A DNA stretch of 64,000 nucleotides from an uncultured Acidobacteriaceae bacterium (GTDB taxonomy: Bacteria; Acidobacteriota; Terriglobia; Terriglobales; Acidobacteriaceae): NCBI GenBank assembly GCA_963832235.1, contig CAWHTJ010000001.1, positions 159,870 through 223,869 on the forward strand. The letters are read 5' to 3'. A program made the translations under genes and the position numbers. The notes below the pieces were generated by a model, which had not been told where the DNA came from, did not search any database, and was given only the letters and a program-made list of their open reading frames with translations. Every line of letters begins with the position of its first letter. Within the stretch, counting starts at the first letter, position 1. This document shows positions 30,301 through 38,351 of the stretch, in pieces.

Positions 30301-30893
30301 CGCAGTTTTGGGGTCCAATTGATCTGGGCACCGATGCCGCCGGAACCGGCCCGCTGCCAGTTAGTCCGCCGGCGAGTGCGCCCATCCGGTGGAGCTTTTA
30401 TGGCAAGCCGTCCGACTTTAAATCGGGGCCGACGCCGATTCCGTTTTTCCCTGGCGCGTCCAACCCGGCGTGTGCGTCCCGGGCATTGGCCGTGGATGGC
30501 GGGATCCCAGGCCCGTCCACTTCATCTCTCAAGTCTTTCGGTTGCTACGCCAAGGGCAGCTCGATCATGATTCCGCCGGCGCTCGGACAGTTCGGAAACA
30601 TGCCACGTAATTTGTTTCCCGATTCCGGCTTCAAGAATTTCGATTTTTCGATTGCTAAGAACTGGCACTTGGGCGAAAAATTCCGCGCCCAGTTCCGCGC
30701 CGAGTTCTTCAACATTCTCAATCATCCCAATTTTGCCAATCCTTATGGAGGCCAGAACGGATTCGGCTTGAACGATCCATCGGTGCAGCCCTTCGGTTGC
30801 GGCTGCGCCACGCCGGACGTAGCTGCGGCCAATCCTGTAATTGGCTCGGGCGGCAGCCGAGCCGTGCAGCTGGGTCTGAAGTTCACGTTCTAG
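27312..30893 (+). CDS. TonB-dependent receptor with carboxypeptidase-regulatory-like domain
   Basis: Start at MLPRTVG (GGAGGGA SD). STTGRILGTLTDQSGAAVAGATVVV...GTYKIHVQARGF. Barrel ends LGLKFTF. Confidence 0.85.
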   Translation: MLPRTVGAASSALVHADAHAGVHRIAGFKLLYATCALLLLSASAAAQSTTGRILGTLTDQSGAAVAGATVVVTDVQRGTSRTLTTDESGAYAAPNLPPGTYKIHVQARGFKSVERPDVQIEVATDVRADFSLQPGQVTETVTITEEVPLVNTTSATLGGTLSNKEINDLPLNGRNYENLLQLRPGVMRYPGGGFSTTSTDGLRAEDNAYFVEGLFNSEPFSGQGIINGAGIAGDSATILPIDGIQEFNVQENPPAEYGWKPGAVINVGLKSGTNSLHGTAFAFGRDGAMDARNYFNASPAPKTDRTLEQFGGSLGGAIIKDKAFFFGAYEGQRYNVGNSYTVSTPSMAALPAPATPNCTSSLVSGDCGNSIPNAIADLVANDVAISAASQLISGCTVSGSSVTCKGTGFPINNTQGISIVQGFPNNVGVDNALAKVDYNFNQRNSISGMYFYGNNSGTVEDFPELQSKWRSNIHTRAQVVGGSWIWTPSTRWVNEARVGYNRLYQPTFPGDIGTPASGYGLNTGVSGPFTGGLPRLGFAGAFVPGLGGFKWPKFQGPDSITQFIDHISYTAGKHSLKFGGELHRNVVNGGAFGNARGSITFLGGVALAASTALEDFFAGDPFKASVQVGDPSRQIHNWAYGAFFQDDWRASKNLTLNLGLRYEFSSVIKEAHNLLGNFDPNSKTGLIQAGMNGVSGPYNPDHKNFAPRFGFAWDVTGKGNTVLRGGASLVYETINWEALLAFNNAFGLSNVPTGGIIDAAGDTAGGTITAGNLAIPPGMPQWDSGVPIYGANVSTSTLNCFNNPCPIMSVARNITTPYVWNWTLNLQHAFTPNLSMEIAYVGNHGANLTGIRDINQPPVGSDYSALCQTDPNCDQDSRPYNSKFPYLSNIFQMGNVYRSNYNGLQVTLNSRNYHGLSMVAGYTYAHALDDVGANWDFGYGAGLPQDSYNVGREYANSDFDIRHRLTLSLSYAIPGRSGFGQMLEGWELNSIVTLESSQFWGPIDLGTDAAGTGPLPVSPPASAPIRWSFYGKPSDFKSGPTPIPFFPGASNPACASRALAVDGGIPGPSTSSLKSFGCYAKGSSIMIPPALGQFGNMPRNLFPDSGFKNFDFSIAKNWHLGEKFRAQFRAEFFNILNHPNFANPYGGQNGFGLNDPSVQPFGCGCATPDVAAANPVIGSGGSRAVQLGLKFTF

Positions 30894-30905
30894 GCCTCAT
30901 TCGCC

Positions 30906-30981
30906 GTGGAGACGTAGCTTGCTACGGCTCTTGCCGGCAGCATGGGCGCCGCAGGCAAGACGTTGCGAGCAACGTCTCTAC
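30906..30981. repeat. REP family 1 doublet, copy C (inverted orientation)
   Basis: GTGGAGACGTAGCTTGCTACGGCTC...AAGACGTTGCGAGCAACGTCTCTAC, 13 nt after the receptor stop. Confidence 0.85.
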
Positions 30982-31030
30982 GGCAGTTTTTATTTCGCTC
31001 GCGGCAGCCAGGAAACAGCATCAATCATTT

Positions 31031-32251
31031 ATGAGAGTGAAAACTTCATTCACATTATTCATGTTGTTGTCCGGCACGGTCGTAGCTGCCGGTCAGACTC
31101 ACCCTCAGGAGCGGCGCGAGCGCACTATCGATGAAGTAAAAGCCGAAGCGGTTCATCGTGCAGAAGTCGGACAGTATCCCCTGATTGGTCTCGATCCCGC
31201 GGACGTGAAGGAAGCTTTCACAAGCATCCACACCGCCGACAAAGAGGAATGGGCCGCCGGATTCATGCGGGTTGCCGATCGCTACTTCAACGAAGCGAAG
31301 TCGCTGGAGAAATCGGATCCCGCGAAAGCCAACGCCGACTACATCCGCGCGTGGCGCCTGTATTCTTTTGGACGCTGGCCGATTCCGTCGTCTCCGGGCA
31401 AGCAGCGGTCGTACGAAAAGGCGATTGAAGCGTTTCTCGATCACGCGAAGTTTTTCGATCCGCCGCTGGAAGTTGTGCGCATTCCCTTCGAAGGGAAAGA
31501 GATCATCGGATATTTGCGGCTGCCGAGAAATGCAAAAGGTCCGGTGCCGCTGGTTATCGCGGTCAACGGCCTCGACAGCCGCAAGGAAGATCTCACCGAA
31601 AGCTTCGGGGCGATCCTGCCCTTCGGAATCGGATACCTCGCCGTCGACGGCCCGGGCACAGGCCAGGCGCCGATCAAAGTCAGCGAAACTTCCGAGCGCA
31701 TGCTATCGAAAGTCATCGACTACGCGCAGTCCCGCCCGGAGATCGACAAGAACCGTATCGCGCTGCACGGCGTAAGTTGGGGCGCCTACTGGGCGACGAA
31801 GATGGCGATTGTGGAACGGGGCCGACTGCGGGGCGCAAGCGCGCAGTCGCCGCCGGTCGATAGATTCTTCCAGAAAGATTTCCTGATGAACAATCTGCTC
31901 GGCAATCGCGAATATCTTTTCGATCAGGTGCCCGCGCTCATGAACATTCTCGAAGGCGTGCACTCACTCGACGAAATGGGAGAGTATCTGCCGAAAATGT
32001 CGCTGGTCCACCAGGGCCTGTTGGGCAAGCCAATGGCGCCGATGCTCATCCTGGCGGGTGTCCTCGACACGCAGGTTCCCATCGAAGATGAATACCTGCT
32101 GCTGAGCAACGGAGACGTCCCGAAAGAGGCGTGGATCAATCCCAAGGGCGGACATCTAGGCAGGCAAGTCGGCGTGTGGCCTGATCCGCTCATCTTTAAG
32201 CAGGTAATCATCCCTTGGCTTGTAAAAACGCTGCAGCCGCCGGCGAACTAG
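31031..32251 (+). CDS. Secreted alpha/beta hydrolase (FrsA/DUF1100-like esterase)
   Basis: Signal peptide MRVKTSFTLFMLLSGTVVAAG. Nucleophile elbow GVSWGA. Confidence 0.7.
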   Translation: MRVKTSFTLFMLLSGTVVAAGQTHPQERRERTIDEVKAEAVHRAEVGQYPLIGLDPADVKEAFTSIHTADKEEWAAGFMRVADRYFNEAKSLEKSDPAKANADYIRAWRLYSFGRWPIPSSPGKQRSYEKAIEAFLDHAKFFDPPLEVVRIPFEGKEIIGYLRLPRNAKGPVPLVIAVNGLDSRKEDLTESFGAILPFGIGYLAVDGPGTGQAPIKVSETSERMLSKVIDYAQSRPEIDKNRIALHGVSWGAYWATKMAIVERGRLRGASAQSPPVDRFFQKDFLMNNLLGNREYLFDQVPALMNILEGVHSLDEMGEYLPKMSLVHQGLLGKPMAPMLILAGVLDTQVPIEDEYLLLSNGDVPKEAWINPKGGHLGRQVGVWPDPLIFKQVIIPWLVKTLQPPAN

Positions 32252-32273
32252 CTGCTCATGCAACAATATCCAG

Positions 32274-32298
32274 GTAGAGACAGTCGCCTTGGCTGTCC
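32274..32298 (+). repeat. REP family 2 hairpin
   Basis: GTAGAGACAGTCGCCTTGGCTGTCC. Confidence 0.7.
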
Positions 32299-32419
32299 CA
32301 CCAGGGCAAAGCCCGGCAGTTCTACGAACTGGAAGTATTGTAGCGACCGCGTACCCCCTTTTTGCCATCGCCCCTCTCATTGCGTAATCTGATGACCATA
32401 CTCATCGTGAGGTAACGCA

Positions 32420-33109
32420 ATGCCGGAAAAACTTGCCCTCGTCACCGGAGCCAACGGCGGCCTGGGGACGCACGTCACCAAAGCCTTGCTGGACAGCGGT
32501 TTCGCCGTTGTTGGACTCGCGCCGAAAATCCAGCAATCCGACTTCGAGCACCCGAACTTCACGGCACTCCCCGCGTCGCTCGACAGTCTCGCCGCCGCGA
32601 AGAAGGCAGCCGACACGGTTATCGCCCGCTTCGGAAAGATCGACGTTCTCGCGCACCTGGTCGGCGGCTTCGCCGGAGGCCAGACGGTCGCTGATACAGA
32701 CGACGCGACGTTTCAGCGCATGTTCGACATGAATCTCAACAGCGCATTCCACATGCTGCGAGCGGTAATTCCGCACATGCGCAAGGCGGGAGCAGGACGC
32801 ATCATCGCTATTAGCAGTCGCGCTGCCGAGGAGCCGGGTCCCACCGTCGGCGCCTACAGTGCCTCGAAGGCGGCGCTGGTATCGCTGATCCGCACCGTCG
32901 CGCTCGAGAACGAGGACGCTGGCATTACCGCGAACGTCATCCTGCCCGGCACCTTGGATACGCCCGCCAACCGCAAAGCCATGCTTAGCGCCGACAGGTC
33001 CACTTGGGTGCGGCCCGCTTCCGTCGCCAGCTTGATTGTATGGCTTGCAGGAGATGCGGGAAAAGACGTGACCGGAGCGGCGATTCCGGTGTATGGCGGA
33101 GGACTGTAG
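32420..33109 (+). CDS. SDR family oxidoreductase
   Basis: MPEKLALVTGANGGLGTHV...YSASKAAL catalytic motif. Confidence 0.9.
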   Translation: MPEKLALVTGANGGLGTHVTKALLDSGFAVVGLAPKIQQSDFEHPNFTALPASLDSLAAAKKAADTVIARFGKIDVLAHLVGGFAGGQTVADTDDATFQRMFDMNLNSAFHMLRAVIPHMRKAGAGRIIAISSRAAEEPGPTVGAYSASKAALVSLIRTVALENEDAGITANVILPGTLDTPANRKAMLSADRSTWVRPASVASLIVWLAGDAGKDVTGAAIPVYGGGL

Positions 33110-33395
33110 GCGCCCAGAGACTCCGCTGTCTCTGGAGCATTCTTGCGTCAGCCCGAAGCGCGCAGAACTATCTTTCGCCCCGCTGGGGCTGGCCACGGAT
33201 TTGGCATTCCACCCACGGCTTTCGCCGTGGGCTGCATTCTTGCGCCGCTTAGCGGCTAAAAAGCGGAAGAGTCCCAGATTCCGGATTGGGGGACGTAACC
33301 CTTTCGTAACCCTCCCCGGTGCACAATTTTTGTTGCACTTTAACATTCGTGAAATATCTTGCATGTAGACTTGAAAGATCAGGAGGCCGCTGCCA

Positions 33396-33944
33396 ATGGC
33401 GTCAGCCCGCGCTGGTAAGTCGTTGCCGTTGCAGGTGGCTGCGATCTGTTATCGCAGGCGCGGCACGGCGGTTGAGTTCCTCCTGGTTAATACCAACGGC
33501 GGCAATAAGTGGACTTTCCCCAAGGGATCGACCGATCCTCGCCTGTCACATAGTCAGGCGGCCGAGCGCGAGGCCGCCGAGGAGGGGGGCGCCATCGGCA
33601 CGATTGAGCCGCGCCACTTTCACCTCTACCTGCATTCCAAGGGCGTGTTCTGGCAGCCCGGCGGGGTGCAGGAATTCGTGGTCAAAGCCTTCCTGATGGA
33701 GATCCACCAGATGCGCCGCCCGGACGAAGGCAATCGCCGCCCCACATGGGCGAGCCCGGAAGAGGCAAAGCGCCTCCTCGCCAAGGGACGCGAGGTGAAA
33801 TATTCCCGCGAACTCGAAGCCGTGATCGAGCGCGCGCTCGAACGCATCCAGTTCCACCCTGAACTCTCGGGAACTTATTCCGGTTCCCGCAACGCCCGCC
33901 CCGGTCCTTCCAAAGATCCCATCGCCCATGTCGTCTGGCCGTGA
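33396..33944 (+). CDS. NUDIX hydrolase
   Basis: NUDIX box GSTDPRLSHSQAAEREAAEEGG. Confidence 0.85.
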   Translation: MASARAGKSLPLQVAAICYRRRGTAVEFLLVNTNGGNKWTFPKGSTDPRLSHSQAAEREAAEEGGAIGTIEPRHFHLYLHSKGVFWQPGGVQEFVVKAFLMEIHQMRRPDEGNRRPTWASPEEAKRLLAKGREVKYSRELEAVIERALERIQFHPELSGTYSGSRNARPGPSKDPIAHVVWP

Positions 33945-33964
33945 TCGAATTACTTCCTTGGTCT

Positions 33965-34216
33965 GTCATCCTGAGCGAAGGTTTCGTGCGCGAACGCGCA
34001 GGAAAACGCAGTCGAAGGACCCTATGCCTGCCGGCGCCGCTCGGGGCCTATCCCGGAGTTCTCACCTAAAGCGTGATTGAATGTCATTCGGCAAAGTTCC
34101 ACGCGTCTGTCATGAAAATTCCCTGCCCGACGGGAGTGGCGGCGATGCTGGTAGGGATCCTTCGACTCCGCGGAACGATTCGCGATGCGAATCGTTCTGC
34201 TCCGCTCAGGATGAAC
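33965..34216. repeat. MITE-like composite of two inverted GTCATCCTGAGCG-headed units, copy 1
   Basis: Left arm GTCATCCTGAGCGAAGG-hairpin-GCAGTCGAAGGACCC. Right arm is its inverted counterpart, ending CGCTCAGGATGAAC. ~130-bp spacer. Confidence 0.7.
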
Positions 34217-34268
34217 AGCCGGACGAATGAAGTCCCAGACGGTTTTATGAGACGATAACTCCAGCCCC

Positions 34269-36296
34269 ATGATTCAGCTTTCCGGCGCCGGAAAACGTTT
34301 CGGCCACAAACTCCTCTTCGAAAACGTGGACTGGCTGATCACGCCCCGCGACCGTATCGGCCTGGTGGGCGGAAACGGCACGGGCAAATCCACGCTGATG
34401 AAAATCCTTGCCGGTATGGACACGTTCGACTACGGCACACTCACCCTCGCCAAAGGCACGTCCGCGGGATATCTTCCCCAGGACGGCCTCACGCTTTCGG
34501 GTCGCACGGTTTTCGCCGAATGCATGTCGGTCTTCGACGATCTGCGCGCAATGGAAGTCGAGCTTGAATCGCTGACTCACAGCATGGCGGAACTCGACCA
34601 TACCAGTCCGGAATACTCCGCTGTCGCGGACCGCTACCACCGAGTCGAGCACGAGTTCCGCACCCGCGACGGTTACTCGATCGAGGCCGAAGTCGGCAGA
34701 GTTCTGATGGGGTTGGGTTTCCAGAAAGAAGACTGGCCGCGCTTGACGGACGAATTTTCCGGCGGATGGCAAATGCGTCTCGCCCTCGCCAAACTCCTTT
34801 TGCAAAAACCCAACCTCCTTCTGCTCGACGAGCCCACGAACCACCTCGATCTCGAAGCCCGCAACTGGCTCGAAGAATATTTGCAGAACTATCCGCACGC
34901 TTTCGTCCTGATCTCGCACGACCGCTATTTTCTCGACGTCACCGTTAACAAGATTGCGGAAATCTGGAACAAGCGTTTCTGGTTCTACACCGGCAACTAC
35001 GACAAGTTCCTTGCTCAGAAGACGCAACGCAACGAGCAACTGCAGGCCGCCTACCGCAACCAGCGTGACCGCATCGAGCAACTCGAAGTGTTCATCAACC
35101 GCTTCCGCTATCAGGCCACCAAGGCTAAGCAAGTGCAGAGCCGCATCAAGGAACTGGAAAAGATCGAGCGCATCGAGATTCCGCCGGAAGAGAAGACGAT
35201 CCACTTTTCTTTCCCGCAGCCCAGGTCAAGCGGCCGCATCGTGGCGGAATTCGAAGGCGTAGCCAAAACATATCCGGGAAAAAACGGAAGTGCTGACAAA
35301 GAAGTCTTCCGCGACGTCAGCTTCATGATCGAGCGCGGAGACCGCATCGCTCTGGTCGGCGTCAATGGCGCGGGCAAGTCCACGCTGATCAAATTACTTG
35401 CCGGCACGGAACCGGTCACGCACGGCCAATACCGCCTGGGCCACAACGTGGAGGCCGACCACTTCGCTCAGGATCAATACAAAGAACTCGACGCCGACGC
35501 CCGCATTATCGATGATCTCGGCGACGCCTCTCCCGGTTCCGGCGAGACTGAACTGCGCAGCCTGCTCGGCTGTTTCCTGTTTTCCGAAGATGACGTGTTC
35601 AAAAAGATCGGCGTCCTCTCCGGCGGCGAGCGCGGGCGCTACGCGCTGCTGCGTCTACTTCTGCACCCGGCAAACTTCCTGCTGCTCGACGAACCCACGA
35701 ACCATCTCGACCTGCGCGCCAAAGACGTGCTCCTCAACGCGCTGGTGGAATACACCGGCACCGTCGTCTTCGTCTCGCACGACCGCTACTTCATCGACAA
35801 GCTGGCTACGCGCGTGTTCGAAGTCGGTGACGGCAAAGTCGAAGTCTTCCCTGGCAACTACGAAGACTACCTCTGGCGTAAACAGGGCGGACAGCGCGTT
35901 GCGCCCACGCTCGATGATGTTCCCGGAGCGGCTGGATCAAAATCAAAGGTGAGTGCCCCACTTCTCGCCTCCGTTGCGAGAAGTGGGGCTTTAGAGACTT
36001 CGCATCAGCCAACTAACGGTAATCGAGGCAAGGAGAGTGAGGACGAAACCGAAGCCCTCAAGAAGCGCCTGAACCCCATCAAGCGCAAGCAAATGGAAGA
36101 TCGCGTTCACGAGTTGGAGGAAGAAATCAACCGCGCGGAGGGCTCCATCGCGGCACTGGAAACCTCGCTGCAGAATTTTGTCAGTGCTGACGAAAACCAG
36201 CGCCAGTCGCAGGAACTCGACCGGCACAAAACCAGCTACGCCGCACTGATAAAAGAGTGGGAAGGTCTAGCGGCAAGTCTGCAGGAGTCTGAATAG
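34269..36296 (+). CDS. ABC-F family ATPase (Uup/EttA-like)
   Basis: Two ABC cassettes (GGNGTGKST and GVNGAGKST, with LSGG signatures) and a C-terminal coiled coil. Confidence 0.9.
   Translation: MIQLSGAGKRFGHKLLFENVDWLITPRDRIGLVGGNGTGKSTLMKILAGMDTFDYGTLTLAKGTSAGYLPQDGLTLSGRTVFAECMSVFDDLRAMEVELESLTHSMAELDHTSPEYSAVADRYHRVEHEFRTRDGYSIEAEVGRVLMGLGFQKEDWPRLTDEFSGGWQMRLALAKLLLQKPNLLLLDEPTNHLDLEARNWLEEYLQNYPHAFVLISHDRYFLDVTVNKIAEIWNKRFWFYTGNYDKFLAQKTQRNEQLQAAYRNQRDRIEQLEVFINRFRYQATKAKQVQSRIKELEKIERIEIPPEEKTIHFSFPQPRSSGRIVAEFEGVAKTYPGKNGSADKEVFRDVSFMIERGDRIALVGVNGAGKSTLIKLLAGTEPVTHGQYRLGHNVEADHFAQDQYKELDADARIIDDLGDASPGSGETELRSLLGCFLFSEDDVFKKIGVLSGGERGRYALLRLLLHPANFLLLDEPTNHLDLRAKDVLLNALVEYTGTVVFVSHDRYFIDKLATRVFEVGDGKVEVFPGNYEDYLWRKQGGQRVAPTLDDVPGAAGSKSKVSAPLLASVARSGALETSHQPTNGNRGKESEDETEALKKRLNPIKRKQMEDRVHELEEEINRAEGSIAALETSLQNFVSADENQRQSQELDRHKTSYAALIKEWEGLAASLQESE
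35956..35988. repeat. Perfect 13-bp-stem palindrome inside the ABC-F coding sequence
   Basis: CCCCACTTCTCGC-CTCCGTT-GCGAGAAGTGGGG, 33 nt, in frame. Confidence 0.9.
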
Positions 36297-36597
36297 CCGC
36301 TTAGACGCGTTCCGACCTCCGGGACGCGGTTCCATCCTCGCGCCAGAACACCCGGCGTTGAAACGCCGGGCTATTTTCAGATGTCCCTCCGGGACAAGCG
36401 CGGTTTTCCATCCGCCGCACCTGTACAGCATCTTCCGTAATCTCTCACCTCTACTTACGTGTGTGCGATATTCGGATTGGCCACTAGGCCAGCAACTGCC
36501 GAAGGCCACCAATTTCAAACACCCGCATGACCCAGGTGTCAGGCGCTTTCGTACTCAGCAAGTGACGAGCGCCGCGCGGAGACCCAAGGAAGGTCAC

Positions 36598-37089
36598 ATG
36601 CTTCAGTCGTCGGACTCGTTCAATCCCAAGGCCGCATCGCCGGCTTCCAACCCCAACGCATACAACCCGATCAAAACCGTTACTGCTCCGGTGGATCAGG
36701 CCACCATCGGCCGCACCCTCTATATTAAGGGCGAAGTCAGCGGCTCCGAGGCTCTTTACATCGACGGCCGCATCGAAGGCAAAATCACCATGCCGGAAAG
36801 CCGGGTCACCATCGGCCGCAACGGCAGGGTCGATGCCAGCATTCAGGCCCGCGAAGTTGTAGTCATGGGCAAGGTGACGGGAAACATCGAATGCAGCGAT
36901 CGCGTCGATATCCGCGCCGAAGGCTCGGTCCACGGGGACATCTCTACCACGCGCATCAGCGTGGAAGATGGCGCCGCACTGAAGGGCGGAATTCAGGTCC
37001 GCAGCAGCGAGGGGAAACATAAAGAGGCGCAGAACCAGTCCAAGTCAGCAGAGGCGTCGAAGGCCCTGGCTGCCACGGCCAGCGCCTAG
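36598..37089 (+). CDS. Bactofilin family cytoskeletal protein
   Basis: AAGGAAGG SD. Repetitive beta-helix pattern IKGEVSGSEALYIDGRIEGKI...VMGKVTGNIECSDRVDIRAEGSVHGDI. Confidence 0.85.
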   Translation: MLQSSDSFNPKAASPASNPNAYNPIKTVTAPVDQATIGRTLYIKGEVSGSEALYIDGRIEGKITMPESRVTIGRNGRVDASIQAREVVVMGKVTGNIECSDRVDIRAEGSVHGDISTTRISVEDGAALKGGIQVRSSEGKHKEAQNQSKSAEASKALAATASA

Positions 37090-37166
37090 TTGGCGCAAGT
37101 ATTTGCCGACAAGAACAACGGGGCACGCTCGCGCGTGCCCCTTCTGTTTTCGGCGTACCCGCCCTC

Positions 37167-37243
37167 GTAGAGACGTTGCTTGCAACGTCTCTCTCCATCA
37201 TTCGTGGCGCCGCCGGCCGAGACGTAGCAAGCTACGTCTCTAC
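37167..37243. repeat. REP family 1 doublet, copy D
   Basis: GTAGAGACGTTGCTTGCAACGTCTC...GAGACGTAGCAAGCTACGTCTCTAC, between the convergent bactofilin and msrB genes. Confidence 0.9.
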
Positions 37244-37249
37244 GATGAT

Positions 37250-37672
37250 TTAAGTTTTTGGCTTGAAATCCAAGGCCGCCGAATTCATGCAATAGCGCAG
37301 TCCCGTCGGCGCTGGGCCATCCTCAAACACGTGCCCCAGATGCGCGTCGCACCTGGCGCAGCGAACCTCAGTCCGGACCATGCCGTATTTCGAGTCGCGA
37401 TGCTCCACCACATTGCTGGAGTCCCCGGGCTTGTAGAAACTCGGCCAACCCGTCCCTGAATTAAACTTCGTCTGCGAATCGAACAGCGGAGCACCGCAGC
37501 ACACGCAGTGATACATCCCCGGCTCTTTCGTGTCCCAATACTTCCCGGTAAACGCACATTCGGTTCCCGCCTCGCGGGTCACGTGATACTGCTCGTCGCT
37601 CAGCTGTTTCTTCCACTCGGTTTCACTCTTCGTAATTTTCTCCGCAGTCTTTTCGGCCATCATCAACTCCAT
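37250..37672 (-). CDS. msrB: Peptide-methionine (R)-S-oxide reductase MsrB
   Basis: CVCCGAPLF...[17 protein letters not shown]...RYCMNS: two CxxC zinc motifs and the catalytic Cys. Start is one of M1, M4 or M5. Confidence 0.9.
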   Translation of the reverse strand: MELMMAEKTAEKITKSETEWKKQLSDEQYHVTREAGTECAFTGKYWDTKEPGMYHCVCCGAPLFDSQTKFNSGTGWPSFYKPGDSSNVVEHRDSKYGMVRTEVRCARCDAHLGHVFEDGPAPTGLRYCMNSAALDFKPKT

Positions 37673-37721
37673 TTCGCTATTTATTTTGACAATGATTAGA
37701 TGTTTCAGCACGCCAAAAGTG

Positions 37722-38219
37722 TCACTCCACTTCCTCCCCCACCTTCCGATACTTCCCGCGGAAGAACAGCAGCGGCTCCCCCTCCCGCCCCACCACATCC
37801 TCGACCTCCGCAATGAAGATCGTATGATCTCCAGCCACCTCCGCCGAGTGGAGACGGCACTCCAGATATGCCAACGTCCCCTGCAACATTGGAGTCCCAT
37901 GCTTGGTGCGCTCAAACTGCGCCCCGGCCTCAACTTCCGCGTGCTCGTGACTACGCTCCGGACGCGCGTAGTACTCCGAAATCGCACGCTGATCCTCGCC
38001 CAGCACATTGATCCCAAATCGTTTTTTGGCGTGCAGGTGCGCGTGCGTTCGCGTGGTGTGATCCACGCATACCAACACCAGCATGGGATCGAGCGACACC
38101 GACGCGAACGCGTTGGCGGTCATGCCGTGCACTTCGCCGTCGAGATCCACGGTGACGATGGTTACGCCGGTGGCGAAGCGCCCCATTGCTCGTCGAAAAT
38201 CGGCAGAATCCAGGCTCAT
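37722..38219 (-). CDS. Flavin reductase family protein (FMN-binding split barrel)
   Basis: [17 protein letters not shown]...[21 protein letters not shown], canonical Flavin_Reduct motifs. Confidence 0.85.
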   Translation of the reverse strand: MSLDSADFRRAMGRFATGVTIVTVDLDGEVHGMTANAFASVSLDPMLVLVCVDHTTRTHAHLHAKKRFGINVLGEDQRAISEYYARPERSHEHAEVEAGAQFERTKHGTPMLQGTLAYLECRLHSAEVAGDHTIFIAEVEDVVGREGEPLLFFRGKYRKVGEEVE

Positions 38220-38222
38220 ATC

Positions 38223-38300
38223 GTAGAGACGTTGCTTGCAACGTCTCTCTTGCCATCGTTCGGTATGCTGCCAGCAAGACGTAGCAAGCTACGTCTCTAC
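38223..38300. repeat. REP family 1 doublet, copy E
   Basis: GTAGAGACGTTGCTTGCAACGTCTC...AAGACGTAGCAAGCTACGTCTCTAC. Starts 4 nt from the flavin reductase ATG. Confidence 0.9.
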
Positions 38301-38351
38301 AGCAGCAACCGCCTACATTACCATGCCCTGCCGTTGTATTATTCGAGTCTA

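Noticed and set aside
30797-31030. N-terminal extension of the alpha/beta hydrolase ORF (484-aa version)
   Set aside because: The extension overlaps the end of the receptor gene and reads through the REPIN (peptide GDVACYGSC...QDVASNVST). A good signal peptide begins at the internal ATG at 31031.
37250-38017. 255-aa version of the MsrB ORF
   Set aside because: The upstream 115 codons overlap the flavin reductase gene in another frame and have no MsrB similarity. The conserved domain starts at the Met cluster near 37672.
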